Notes under the pieces: generated by a model
Seen by the model: the letters and a program-made list of their open reading frames with translations, nothing else
What the model was told of the DNA's origin: nothing
Databases searched by the model: none
IMG/VR virus record: IMGVR_UViG_3300017649_000008
Coordinates: 1-40,545 of that record
DNA length: 40,545 bases
Strand: one strand, 5' to 3'
Source of the DNA: a virus
Lineage: Duplodnaviria > Caudoviricetes
Position numbers and translations under genes: made by a program
Shown: piece after piece, positions 9,313-18,193 of the stretch
Numbering within the stretch: the first letter of the stretch is position 1
Layout of the letters: the number at the start of each line of letters is the position of its first letter

Positions 9313-9635
9313 CCGCCCCGGCCCCGACTCTGCTGGAGCAGGCGACGATCGACCGGCTCGGGATCTTCGACGAGGAGATCCTGCGCGAGCTCGCGGAGCA
9401 CGCCGACCAGCCTCTGGAGTGCTCGATGCCGTCGTGCGCGAAGCCGTCCGCGTGGCGGGTGTCGATGCGCTGCTGCGACGCGTCGGCGGAGTTCTGCGAT
9501 GGTCACGGGCGCCGGGTGATCCGGAAGATGCGTCGCCGTCTGGCGCGGCCTGGTGTGCCGACGTGCACGATGTGCGAGCACGAGTTCCCGAAGGGGGCCA
9601 CGTTGGAGGAGATCGCAAGGGTGGTGCGGCGATGA
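9309..9635 (+). CDS. Cys-rich hypothetical protein
   Basis: Coupled ORF with multiple Cys pairs. Confidence 0.55.
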   Translation: MTAPAPTLLEQATIDRLGIFDEEILRELAEHADQPLECSMPSCAKPSAWRVSMRCCDASAEFCDGHGRRVIRKMRRRLARPGVPTCTMCEHEFPKGATLEEIARVVRR

Positions 9636-10030
9636 GCGCCCCTACCCCGGCGGTCCGGAAGGCGACCGTGACCCGCGACCAGTTCCGATGCGTCCTCTGC
9701 GGCGCGACCACCGCGCTCGAGTGGAACCACCGGGCCGCGGTCGGGATGGGCGGTAGCAAGCACCGTCCCGGCGCGGTGGAGGGCGTGATGCTCTGCACCC
9801 GCTGCAACACCGACATCGAGTCCGTCGCGGACCTGATGAAACTCGCGCTCTCGTACGGCGTGAAGATCCGCAAGTGGGCGGACCCGGTGAAGGTCCCCGT
9901 CTTCTACCCGCACGAGCACCAGTGGTTCCGCCTGGAGGGGCTGGACCGTCACCCGATCACCGCTGTCGTCGCGCTCGACATGATGCACGACGTCTACGGC
10001 GACGAGTACTTCGAATGGAGGGCTGCCTGA
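9632..10030 (+). CDS. HNH-fold nuclease (McrA-like)
   Basis: RDQFRCVLCG..LEWNHR..GMGG..MLCTRCN. Confidence 0.75.
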   Translation: MSAPTPAVRKATVTRDQFRCVLCGATTALEWNHRAAVGMGGSKHRPGAVEGVMLCTRCNTDIESVADLMKLALSYGVKIRKWADPVKVPVFYPHEHQWFRLEGLDRHPITAVVALDMMHDVYGDEYFEWRAA

Positions 10031-10809
10031 TGCCTCGCGACCCCCGTCTGTACATCACCCTGCCGATCGACATTCATCGGCACCCGAAGCTCCGCAACCT
10101 CTCTGCGGAGGCGAAGTGGGCGTTCGTTGAGATGAACATCGAGGCGATCATCGCTGGCAACGATGGGCGCTTCTCGGCGGAGGATGCCGAGTTCCTGTGG
10201 GCACCGGAGATTCTCGCGGCGTTGGTCGCATCGCACCCGTCGCGCCCGCTGGTTTGTCGCGACGGGAACGGCGGCGACTACGTGATCCGTGAGTTCGCGC
10301 AGCACCAGATGACGACCGCCGATCGCGAGAAGCGGGCGGAAATAAGCCGCGCGAACGGCGCGAAGGGTGGCCGCCCTCGCAAGAACCCGGAAGGAACCCA
10401 CCCGAAACCCAGCCGGGTTTCTCTTGGAACCCAGGCCGAACCCGCGGGAACCCGGTCAAAAGCAGAGTCAGAGTCAGAGTCAGAGTCAGAAGACTTCTAC
10501 TCACCTTCTAAGAGTCAGTCCAGTAGTAGACGCGCGAGCGTTTTGACTGACGCGATCGAAGTCCCGGAGATAACCCGCCGCCTCGCAGCACAGAAGGGCA
10601 TCACGTCCCTGCGGGCGGTCGTCGACTCGATCCACCGGCACACGGGCCTGCGGGTCGACGCGAACGGCGCGTTCCAGGTCGCGACGTCGCTGCTGGATCG
10701 GGCGAAGGAGTTCCCGAAGGCGCCGGCCCGGTACGTGTCGCGGGCGATCGAGCAGTCGCCGATCGAGGTGCAGCAGTTCATCCACGAACACGCACTGGAG
10801 GTGGCCTGA
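10030..10809 (+). CDS. Phage replication initiator / replisome organiser
   Basis: MPRDPRLYITLPIDIHRHPKL, NGAKGGRP, SESESE linker and internal repeats; position in the early operon. Confidence 0.65.
   Translation: MPRDPRLYITLPIDIHRHPKLRNLSAEAKWAFVEMNIEAIIAGNDGRFSAEDAEFLWAPEILAALVASHPSRPLVCRDGNGGDYVIREFAQHQMTTADREKRAEISRANGAKGGRPRKNPEGTHPKPSRVSLGTQAEPAGTRSKAESESESESEDFYSPSKSQSSSRRASVLTDAIEVPEITRRLAAQKGITSLRAVVDSIHRHTGLRVDANGAFQVATSLLDRAKEFPKAPARYVSRAIEQSPIEVQQFIHEHALEVA
10381..10490 (+). repeat. Iteron-like (G/A)AACCC array followed by (GAGTCA)4; candidate replication origin
   Basis: About six RAACCC copies plus one inverted GGGTTT at roughly 10-11 bp spacing inside the initiator gene. Confidence 0.5.
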
Positions 10810-11066
10810 TGGTCGCGGTCGAGGTGCAGGCGTCGCCGGGCCGCCCGGTCGAGCACTCGCACGCTGATGAGTGGGCGGCGGAGTGGATGCGGAACATCCA
10901 GGCGTCGCGGTACCGGCGGGCACGGATCCGTGCGGAGCGGTCGTTCCCGTCGCCGTGGGGCGAGCAGCTGCAGGCAGAGCGGGACTACGACCAGGAGACA
11001 GAGCAGCTGCGCCGGTTCGTCAGCTCTAACCCGTTCTCGGTGGAGGTGGGCCGTGCGGTGGTGTGA
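10809..11066 (+). CDS. Hypothetical protein
   Basis: TGATG overlap; GGAGG RBS. Confidence 0.5.
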   Translation: MVAVEVQASPGRPVEHSHADEWAAEWMRNIQASRYRRARIRAERSFPSPWGEQLQAERDYDQETEQLRRFVSSNPFSVEVGRAVV

Positions 11067-11223
11067 CGGGTTCGCGGAGTACCTGCAGTCGTACGAGGTG
11101 CGTCTGCACCGGCGGTTGAACACGTTCGGCGGTGTGGTGTGGCCGGATTCGTTCCCGGGTCTGATCGGTCCGGAGCGTCAATTACAGATCGCCTTGGCGG
11201 CGATGGGAAGGAAGTCATCGTGA
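11053..11223 (+). CDS. Hypothetical protein (56 aa)
   Basis: GGAGG RBS then GTG; GTGA overlap with the ASCH gene. Confidence 0.4.
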   Translation: MRWCDGFAEYLQSYEVRLHRRLNTFGGVVWPDSFPGLIGPERQLQIALAAMGRKSS

Positions 11224-11702
11224 GGATCCTCACCGTTCGGCAGCCGTGGGCGTGGGCGATCATCCACGGCGGGAAGGACGTCGAGAACCGAGTCCGCAAC
11301 ATCGCCGGTGCGTACCGCGGGCCTGTAGCGGTCCACGTCGCCGGGAAGTATGCAGAGGGCGGTCTCGACCTCGCGGCGCTCGACGACGCGTGCGCGGACT
11401 GGTGCGAGGCGAACGACCCATGTGTGGGTAAGCAGCACCCGTGGCAGGCGAACGTCGGGAAGATCATCGGCGTCGTCGACCTCGTCGACGTGCACCGCCC
11501 GCTCTGGGACGGCTCGTGCAGCACAGAACGCGAGGGCGCGTGCTCGCCGTGGGCTGAGATCGGCGGCTGGCCGTGGCATCTCGTGCTCGCGAACCCGCGC
11601 CCGCTCGCTGAGCCGATCCCTTACCGGGGTGCGCTCGGCCTGCGGACGCTCGACGACGACACGACCGCGCGGATCCTCGCGCAGATCGGAGAGACAGCAT
11701 GA
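11220..11702 (+). CDS. ASCH domain protein
   Basis: ILTVRQPWAWAIIHGGKDVENR...YRGPVAVH...GKIIGVVDLVD...PIPYRGALGL. Confidence 0.88.
   Translation: MRILTVRQPWAWAIIHGGKDVENRVRNIAGAYRGPVAVHVAGKYAEGGLDLAALDDACADWCEANDPCVGKQHPWQANVGKIIGVVDLVDVHRPLWDGSCSTEREGACSPWAEIGGWPWHLVLANPRPLAEPIPYRGALGLRTLDDDTTARILAQIGETA
11662..11689 (+). repeat. 28-bp direct repeat, copy 1 (CGACCGCGCGGATCCTCGCGCAGATCGG)
   Basis: Identical to 12468-12495. Confidence 0.9.
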
Positions 11703-12508
11703 GCCTCGTCTACGAAGACGATTACGTGCGGCTGTACCAGGGCCGCTGGCAGGACCACGACATCGCCGCGATCGCCGGGCAGGCGGTGGATGCGATCGTA
11801 ACCGATCCGCCGTACGGCGAGACGAGCCTGGAATGGGATGCGTGGCCGACCGGGTGGCCGTCGGACGCGGCCGAGCTGACGAACGCGCTCTGGTGCTTCG
11901 GATCGTTCCGGATGTTCCACGATCACGCGCCCGAGTTCGCGGAGTGGAAGCTCTCGCAGGAGATCGTCTGGGAGAAGCACAACGGGTCAGGGTTCCACTC
12001 TGACCGGTTCAAGCGCGTGCACGAGCTCGCGGTGCTCTGGTACCGGGGCGACTGGGAGAACCTGCACCACGTCACCCCGACAACGCCGGACGCGACGCCG
12101 CGCACGGTGCGGCGCAAGACGCGCCCGACGCACACGGGGAACATTGAGGCGTCCGCGTACAGGTCGGAGGACGGCGGGCCGCGGCTGATGCGGTCGGTCC
12201 AGTACGTGCGATCGGAGCACGGCCGCGCGATTCACCCGACTCAGAAGCCCGAGGGCATCGTCGCGCCGCTGATCGAGTACAGCGTGCCTCTGGGCGGCCT
12301 GGTCGTGGATCTGTTCGCGGGGTCGGGCACGACCGCCGCAGTCGCTCGATCGCTCGGGCGAAAGTGCATCGCGTTCGAGCTCCGCAAGGACTACGCGCAG
12401 GCGGCGGCCCAGAGGCTCGCACAGCAGCCACTCGACTTCGCCGCGCTCGAACTCACGAGCGACGAGGCGACCGCGCGGATCCTCGCGCAGATCGGGGGCG
12501 CTCCGTGA
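11699..12508 (+). CDS. DNA N6-A/N4-C methyltransferase (beta class, orphan)
   Basis: TDPPY motif IV precedes HPTQKP and DLFAGSGTT motif I. Confidence 0.92.
   Translation: MSLVYEDDYVRLYQGRWQDHDIAAIAGQAVDAIVTDPPYGETSLEWDAWPTGWPSDAAELTNALWCFGSFRMFHDHAPEFAEWKLSQEIVWEKHNGSGFHSDRFKRVHELAVLWYRGDWENLHHVTPTTPDATPRTVRRKTRPTHTGNIEASAYRSEDGGPRLMRSVQYVRSEHGRAIHPTQKPEGIVAPLIEYSVPLGGLVVDLFAGSGTTAAVARSLGRKCIAFELRKDYAQAAAQRLAQQPLDFAALELTSDEATARILAQIGGAP
12468..12495 (+). repeat. 28-bp direct repeat, copy 2
   Basis: Identical to 11662-11689; both encode TARILAQIG. Confidence 0.9.
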
Positions 12509-13119
12509 CGATCCTCTGTGTTGCGACATCAGGTCTCCCCGGCATCCCCCCGTGTGGCCGGCACCTGGAGTCCTGCCTCGGCGACTGCGCCGGGTGTGAT
12601 CCTCGCACTGCGGAGCGTGGGTTCCTGTGCGGGTTCCACTTCGACCGCCTCGAGCACGCGTACTCCCGGTGGGACGAGTGGGTGCGGGCCGTGCATCAGC
12701 TGGAAGGGGCGCGGGCGGTGCAGCGGGACACCGCGGGGGTCCGCACGCGGGCGGAGGGGCACGTGAACCTGACCGGCGTGTACCTCGCACTGGACGAGTG
12801 CGAACGACTCCTCGCCTCGTCTGCGGGGCATCCGTCGCTGGAGATGTGGGCGGGCACCCCGGAGGGCGCGGCCGACGCTGTCGGGTTCGCGTTCGCCGCG
12901 GAGCGCGCGTACCGGTCGCATGAGGTCCGGGAGCGGTCGCACCGGATCAAGCGGGTCCGGTGCCCGGAGTGCTCGCAGCTCACGATGATCTGGCGTCCGC
13001 CGCCGGTGTTCGGGGGGCATGTGACCGTCGTGTGCTCGAACGACGAGTGCTCGCACGTGATGGATCAGGACTCGTACGAAGCGATCGCAGCGATCGAAGA
13101 AACCAGGAGGACAGCATGA
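12505..13119 (+). CDS. Zn-ribbon hypothetical protein
   Basis: GTGA overlap; Cys clusters, RCPECSQ...VVCSNDEC. Confidence 0.6.
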   Translation: MTILCVATSGLPGIPPCGRHLESCLGDCAGCDPRTAERGFLCGFHFDRLEHAYSRWDEWVRAVHQLEGARAVQRDTAGVRTRAEGHVNLTGVYLALDECERLLASSAGHPSLEMWAGTPEGAADAVGFAFAAERAYRSHEVRERSHRIKRVRCPECSQLTMIWRPPPVFGGHVTVVCSNDECSHVMDQDSYEAIAAIEETRRTA

Positions 13120-13622
13120 CCGCACTCGAAGAAGCCCGCGCCGCAGAACGCGGCCTCACCATCACCATCGACTTCGCCGTGCGAATGGGTGGATGCCCTA
13201 CGCGGGAGATGTACGCCGCGCGCGACGCTCTCCGCGCTCTGATCGCTGAGCACGAGCGCCTGACCGCCCCGCCCACAGACGACACCATCACGGTTGTCGC
13301 TTCATTCCGGTCGGAGCCGTTCACGGGATCGAACGGAGTGAGCGTGGTCTACGTAACGCCCTACGCCACCATGCCGCCGTCGCTGATGGTCGATGGGTTG
13401 ATCCTCCCGCCGAGCAGCGTGACGGCGTTGCGTGAGTTCTTCCGCCGTCGGCGACCGATCACCGACGCGCAGGTGGAGGCCGCCGCACACGCGCTATTCG
13501 ATGCGAGCCAGGAACTTGATCAGGACAACGACTGGAGCGATCCGCTGCCCGACGAATGGCGTGAAGCGTGGCGCGACGCGGCCCGCGCCGTGCTTGAGGC
13601 CGCTAGGGAGGCTGACCGATGA
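13116..13622 (+). CDS. Hypothetical protein
   Basis: AGGAGG RBS; MTALEEARAAE... Confidence 0.6.
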   Translation: MTALEEARAAERGLTITIDFAVRMGGCPTREMYAARDALRALIAEHERLTAPPTDDTITVVASFRSEPFTGSNGVSVVYVTPYATMPPSLMVDGLILPPSSVTALREFFRRRRPITDAQVEAAAHALFDASQELDQDNDWSDPLPDEWREAWRDAARAVLEAAREADR

Positions 13623-13825
13623 CGGGGCAGACCGGAGACAAGTCGCGGACGCACTGCCGTGAGTGCCGCGAGGGAAGCGTCATGACCGGGCAGGTGCATC
13701 TCGCTCTCGCCGGTGATACGTTCAGCGCCCCCTGCCGTCGCTGTGGCAGACACCTGCATCAGATGAGCCGTGACGACGACTTCACCCTCGACCCGGACAC
13801 CGCAACCTGCGAGGTGACCAGATGA
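13619..13825 (+). CDS. Small Zn-finger hypothetical protein
   Basis: CREC...CRRC; ATGA overlaps. Confidence 0.5.
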   Translation: MTGQTGDKSRTHCRECREGSVMTGQVHLALAGDTFSAPCRRCGRHLHQMSRDDDFTLDPDTATCEVTR

Positions 13826-13989
13826 CCTCGAAGGGCGCCGTGCTGTATGTCGCGATCGAGTGCGACACCGTCTCCGACGCGCAGACCAGCCTCCGCCGGT
13901 TCATCACCGCCGGCCTGAACACCGACAGCCCGAGGGTGCATGTCTCCATCGGAGAACCCGACACCCTCCACACGAAGGAGCAAGCATGA
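13822..13989 (+). CDS. Hypothetical protein (55 aa)
   Basis: ATGA overlaps at both ends; MTSKGAVLYVAIEC... Confidence 0.5.
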   Translation: MTSKGAVLYVAIECDTVSDAQTSLRRFITAGLNTDSPRVHVSIGEPDTLHTKEQA

Positions 13990-14258
13990 ACATCAGAGAA
14001 GCCGAGGCGGGGATCCGGGCGATCCTGGCCGCGATCGACGACGAAGCACTACCCGAGCCCGACAAGATCGAGGAGCACCGGGGCGCGACCATTGCCTGGT
14101 TCGGCGGCACAGGCCACCACCTCGACACCGCACGCCGCGGCGACACACTCGATCCCGACGTGCACCGCGCCCGCGGCATCTGGCAGGCGATCGAGAGGGA
14201 AGCCGTCTACCGGCTCGACACGCAGCGCGCCGCCGCGCGAGCGGAGGGCGACCGATGA
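13986..14258 (+). CDS. Hypothetical protein
   Basis: AAGGAG RBS; MNIREAEAGIRAIL... Confidence 0.6.
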   Translation: MNIREAEAGIRAILAAIDDEALPEPDKIEEHRGATIAWFGGTGHHLDTARRGDTLDPDVHRARGIWQAIEREAVYRLDTQRAAARAEGDR

Positions 14259-14527
14259 AGGTGAAGGCGACATGGCACCACGTGATCGCGGTCACACGTG
14301 AGGTCGAGATCGACGAGGAAGCATTCACGGAGTGGAAGGACCGACGGTACGGCCCCGGCGCCGACACCGAGCTCGCACTCGCCGTGTGGATCGACACTCA
14401 GGACGCTGAATTCACTGCCGAGGTGTTCTCGGACTGGCGGACCGGCGACCCCCTGCCCGGTGACTTCGAGCTCTCGTTCTCCGACGTCATCGACGCGCAG
14501 ATCGTGGCCGAGGACGGAGGCGAATGA
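14255..14527 (+). CDS. Hypothetical protein
   Basis: GGAGG RBS; MKVKATWHHVIAV... Confidence 0.6.
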   Translation: MKVKATWHHVIAVTREVEIDEEAFTEWKDRRYGPGADTELALAVWIDTQDAEFTAEVFSDWRTGDPLPGDFELSFSDVIDAQIVAEDGGE

Positions 14528-14579
14528 TGGAGACGTGCCACTACGCGGAATGCCCGGACCACGCAGAGAGGAGCACGCC

Positions 14580-14942
14580 GTGACCCGCATCGAGGACCAG
14601 CACCACCTCACCTACCTCACCCAGTGGATGGGCGACCCGCAGCTGCCGCTCCAAGTGGCCCGAGCCCGCTATGACGTCCCGATGCCCCGCTCGTGGGAGG
14701 TGTTCGCACGCGAGACGCCGACATGCGATGTGCCGATCGCGGAGTTTACCGAGTGGGCGGAGGCACAGAAGTGGGCGGACGCGATGTCCTGCTGGGCCGC
14801 CGCCAACGGCGCGGACGTGCGCCGATACAAGCACGGGTACTGGCCGAGCGGCCGCTGGGGCGGCATCGGCTACTTCGACCGCAACGGCGGGTACCACGAG
14901 CTGCCCGATCCCGAACCGGCCGAACAGCAGGAGGCCGCGTGA
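14580..14942 (+). CDS. Hypothetical protein
   Basis: GAGGAG RBS; MTRIEDQHH... Confidence 0.55.
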   Translation: MTRIEDQHHLTYLTQWMGDPQLPLQVARARYDVPMPRSWEVFARETPTCDVPIAEFTEWAEAQKWADAMSCWAAANGADVRRYKHGYWPSGRWGGIGYFDRNGGYHELPDPEPAEQQEAA

Positions 14943-14971
14943 AGGAGTGGATCACCGTCGCCGAAGCCGCG

Positions 14972-15148
14972 TCAGCGTTCGCGAGCCGCCTTCATCGCAC
15001 CGGTGTGACTCATCCCCACGGCCGCACCGATCTCGCGCCACGAGTGCCCGGCCGCGTGCGCCTGCCGCATGAGCTCAGCGCGCCGCGCCGGCATCGCATC
15101 CATGCGCGCCTGGAACGCCTTGAGCGCCTCGATCGTGTCATCCGTCAC
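14972..15148 (-). CDS. Small HTH regulator (58 aa), probably leaderless
   Basis: MTDDTIEAL...AAGHSWREIGAAVGMSHTGAMKAAR; resembles 38022-38207. Confidence 0.75.
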   Translation of the reverse strand: MTDDTIEALKAFQARMDAMPARRAELMRQAHAAGHSWREIGAAVGMSHTGAMKAARER

Positions 15149-15211
15149 GGTAACCAAGGTTACCAGACGTGCTATTCTGGAAACCAGAGTTACCACACCT
15201 CAGGAGTCCCC
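15149..15211. promoter_or_regulatory. Divergent promoter/operator: GGTAAC-CAAG-GTTACC and GGAAAC-CAGA-GTTACC flanking an extended -10 TGCTATTCT
   Basis: Palindromes at 15149-15164 and 15179-15194; AGGAG RBS at 15202. Confidence 0.7.
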
Positions 15212-15673
15212 ATGAGCTTCGAGATGTACCGCTGCCCCGCCTGCAACGTCGTGTCACCCGCGTTCGACGGCGCCCCGTTCCAGTGCCGCAACGACAACTG
15301 CGGCGAGGACGCCGAGAAGCGCGCGAACCCGCCCGACCACGAGACCCGCGAGGGAGTCATGCGCGACCACGCGCTCGTGTACTACCTCGCCCTCGGCAAC
15401 CGCGTGAAGATCGGCACCACCACCGACCTCCCCGGCCGCATGAAGGCCGTCCCCCACGAGGAGCTCGTCGCATTCGAGTTCGGCAGCTACACGCAGGAAC
15501 GGAACCGACACCAGCAGTTCGCGCACGCCCGCATCACCGGAGAATGGTTCGACCGCTCAGACCCGGAACTCGCCGCGTTCATCGAGACCCTGCGAGCGGA
15601 CCTCGAGTTCCCCGACGACGTATCCAGGTCAGCAACCCGCGCCGTCAAGCGCCGCCTGTTGGGACTCGCCTGA
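15212..15673 (+). CDS. GIY-YIG (T5orf172-like) nuclease domain protein with N-terminal Zn ribbon
   Basis: CPAC...CRNDNC; LVYYL..RVKIGTTTDLPGRM...ERNRHQQF..RITGEWF. Confidence 0.75.
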   Translation: MSFEMYRCPACNVVSPAFDGAPFQCRNDNCGEDAEKRANPPDHETREGVMRDHALVYYLALGNRVKIGTTTDLPGRMKAVPHEELVAFEFGSYTQERNRHQQFAHARITGEWFDRSDPELAAFIETLRADLEFPDDVSRSATRAVKRRLLGLA

Positions 15674-15882
15674 TGAGCGCCGTGAAGCCGTGGGTCAACG
15701 TCGCCGAGGCTCGCCGCCTCACACGCCGCTCGGCGCGCACTCTCCGACGATGGCGCGCCGAGGGCCTCGTCCGCTGGCACTATGACGAAGACGAACTCAC
15801 GATCCTCATGAACACCAGCGATCTCCTCATCACCAGCGACACGAAGAGCGCCTACACGACACGCCCAACGTTCGGACGGTGA
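15673..15882 (+). CDS. MerR/excisionase-like HTH protein
   Basis: KPWVNVAEARRLTRRSARTLRRWRAEG. Confidence 0.65.
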   Translation: MSAVKPWVNVAEARRLTRRSARTLRRWRAEGLVRWHYDEDELTILMNTSDLLITSDTKSAYTTRPTFGR

Positions 15883-15961
15883 GCTCCACAATGTGACCCA
15901 TGTGTCCGGGGGACTATGGAAACGTGGCCTGAGAAGGCCCCCAAGAACTACAAACCCCCGA

Positions 15962-15995
15962 GTGAGCCCCGGTCACCCCCAGGACCGGGGCTCAC
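15962..15995. terminator. Strong hairpin at the early/late boundary
   Basis: GTGAGCCCCGGTC-N8-GACCGGGGCTCAC, 13-bp stem without a U tract. Confidence 0.55.
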
Positions 15996-16070
15996 CCCCT
16001 GGTACTTAGGCTGGCTGCGGGAGAAGCCCACCGAGCGCGAGCCAGTGCGCCAGCGGGCTCCCCTGCTCGA

Positions 16071-16280
16071 TCAGCGGTCGATGACTGAGCTGCCCGGCTG
16101 TGCACCGCCTGCGGTCAGCCGGAACGCCACCGCAAGGTCCCTCAGCCTTCCCGACTCGACCGCGAGCCCGTGCGTGCTGGATTCCTCACGGATCTCCGCG
16201 ACCGCATCCGTGATCGCATCCATCAACGCGATGTACGCCTTCTCCTTCGCACCCGAGGTGCTATTCGATTCAGTGGCCAT
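16071..16280 (-). CDS. Small hypothetical protein (reverse-oriented moron)
   Basis: GGAAAGGA RBS; MATESNSTSGAKEKAYIALMDAI... Confidence 0.5.
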   Translation of the reverse strand: MATESNSTSGAKEKAYIALMDAITDAVAEIREESSTHGLAVESGRLRDLAVAFRLTAGGAQPGSSVIDR

Positions 16281-16379
16281 TGCCATTCCTTTCCCCCGAG
16301 TCCCACGCTCGGAGCCGACCAGACTACGGCTGACCACCGACACTCCACCGGGCAAGAGGCCCTAACGAGGTGATCCCAC

Positions 16380-16898
16380 ATGGCGCGTTCACCGATGAAC
16401 CAGGAAACGCGCACCAAGGCTCGTGAACTGTTCGACGCCGGCTTGAGCCGTAACGCGATTGCCCGCGAGCTCGACCTTGACCCGGCGACGGTCACGCGCT
16501 GGGCGAAGTCGGAGGGGCTCGAGTTCGACCGCGCGGCGACCGCGAAGGCAACGCAGGCTCGGACGGTCGACCTCGCCGCCGGTCGGATCCGGCTCGCGGA
16601 GAAGATGCTGGCCGCGTCGGAGGCGATGCTGGACCGGATCGATGAGCCGTACCTGGTGTACAACTTCGGCGGCAAGGACAACGACTACAACGAGCACGAG
16701 CTCGACTCCGCGCCGGTGGAGGTGCGGCGGAACATCATCACGACCGCGGGGATCACGTTCGACAAGCTGTCCCGCATCGTGGAGCGGTCTGACACGGGCC
16801 TCGAGCAGGCGGTGGGTGTGCTGGATCAGATCGCGGACGGGTTCCGTGCCGCTGCGGAGCGGTACAGGTCGGAGACGTCAGCTGATGCTGCTGAGTGA
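16380..16898 (+). CDS. Terminase small subunit (N-terminal HTH)
   Basis: GLSRNAIARELDLDPATVTRW; directly upstream of TerL; GAGGTG RBS. Confidence 0.7.
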   Translation: MARSPMNQETRTKARELFDAGLSRNAIARELDLDPATVTRWAKSEGLEFDRAATAKATQARTVDLAAGRIRLAEKMLAASEAMLDRIDEPYLVYNFGGKDNDYNEHELDSAPVEVRRNIITTAGITFDKLSRIVERSDTGLEQAVGVLDQIADGFRAAAERYRSETSADAAE

Positions 16899-18174
16899 CG
16901 TCGAGCGGCTGGTGTCGCGGGCGCAGATCTTGTCGGTGGTGGATGCGGCTCAGCACAAGCTGGCGCTCTGGTACGGGTCGGTGTCGGCGGGGAAGACGGT
17001 CGCGTCGCTGTTCGCGTTCCTCCTGGCTGTCGCGGTCGCCCCGCGGACGGGGATCATCGTGGTCGTCGGGCGGACGTTGCAGACGATCTACCAGAACGTG
17101 TTCGTGCTGTTCCAGAACACGGCGATCTTCGGGTCGCTGATCTCGTCGCAGATCCACTACACCCCGGGTGCGTCGACCGCGCGGATTCTGGGCCGTGAGG
17201 TCATGGTGATCGGCGCCTCGAACAAGGAAGCCGTGGGCCGCATCCAGGGTGCGACGGTCGCGCTCGCGTACGTTGACGAGGCCGCCCTGCTCCCGGAGGA
17301 GTTCTGGAACATGCTGGTGTCGCGTCTCCGCGTCGCCGGCGCCCGCCTCCTCGCGACGATGAACCCCGCCTCGAGGAACCACTGGATCCGGAAGAAGTGG
17401 ATCGTCCCCGGCGTCGAGAAGAACCTGGTCTCGTTCCACTTCACGATGAAGGACAACCCGAACCTGTCGGCTGAGTACATCGCCGACATGGAGCGGTCGT
17501 TCTCCGGCGTGTTCTACGACCGGATGATCAAGGGCGAGTGGACGAACGCTGAGGGCGCCGTGTACCCGATGTGGGACCCGAAGCGTCACGTCATCCCGTT
17601 CGAGCAGCTCCCGCCGCTGCGGGACGTGATGGGCATCGGGATGGACTACGGCACCACGAACGCGACCGCTGCGCTCATGCTCGGCGTCACCGACGAACCC
17701 AAGCCGCGCCTGGTGCTGATGGACGAGTGGCGGTACGACCCCCGCGACCACGGCGACGTCCGCCTCACCGACGCCGCGCTCTCCAAGCGGTTCCGGGGCT
17801 GGCTGTCGAAGGATCACACCCCGTACCCGCTGACCGTGCACCCCCGGTTCCTGATGCTCGACCCGGCCGCCGCGTCGATGCATCAGCAGCTGCACCAGGA
17901 CCTGCGCGGCACCGGCTTGTCCCCGTGGCCGGCGGTGAACGACGTGCTCCCCGGGATCAAGACGATCGCGAACGCGCTCGACAACGACCAGCTGATCGTC
18001 ACCGACCGCTGCCAGGGGTGGATCTCGGAAGTCACCGAGTACCGGTGGGACAAGAAGGCGACCGACGAAGGCGAAGACGAAGTGGTCAAGGAAGACGACC
18101 ACTCCCTCGACGCCGGCCGGTACATCACCCACTCGACCGTGAACTACTGGAAGCCGCAACTCGCGGCCGCCTAA
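16885..18174 (+). CDS. terL: Terminase large subunit (PBSX-like)
   Basis: Walker A GSVSAGKT, Walker B AYVDE, TMNP, GMDYG and DDHSLDA. Confidence 0.93.
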   Translation: MLLSDVERLVSRAQILSVVDAAQHKLALWYGSVSAGKTVASLFAFLLAVAVAPRTGIIVVVGRTLQTIYQNVFVLFQNTAIFGSLISSQIHYTPGASTARILGREVMVIGASNKEAVGRIQGATVALAYVDEAALLPEEFWNMLVSRLRVAGARLLATMNPASRNHWIRKKWIVPGVEKNLVSFHFTMKDNPNLSAEYIADMERSFSGVFYDRMIKGEWTNAEGAVYPMWDPKRHVIPFEQLPPLRDVMGIGMDYGTTNATAALMLGVTDEPKPRLVLMDEWRYDPRDHGDVRLTDAALSKRFRGWLSKDHTPYPLTVHPRFLMLDPAAASMHQQLHQDLRGTGLSPWPAVNDVLPGIKTIANALDNDQLIVTDRCQGWISEVTEYRWDKKATDEGEDEVVKEDDHSLDAGRYITHSTVNYWKPQLAAA

Positions 18175-18193
18175 CCCGAAGGGGGTCCCACTG

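Noticed and set aside
10464-10490. (GAGTCA)4 as a phase-variable repeat or CRISPR-like array
   Set aside because: In-frame hexamer encoding an SESESE linker, with no spacers; no CRISPR array or cas gene seen in the window
11699-12508. Methyltransferase as part of a restriction-modification system
   Set aside because: No adjacent restriction endonuclease recognised; the context fits an orphan phage MTase
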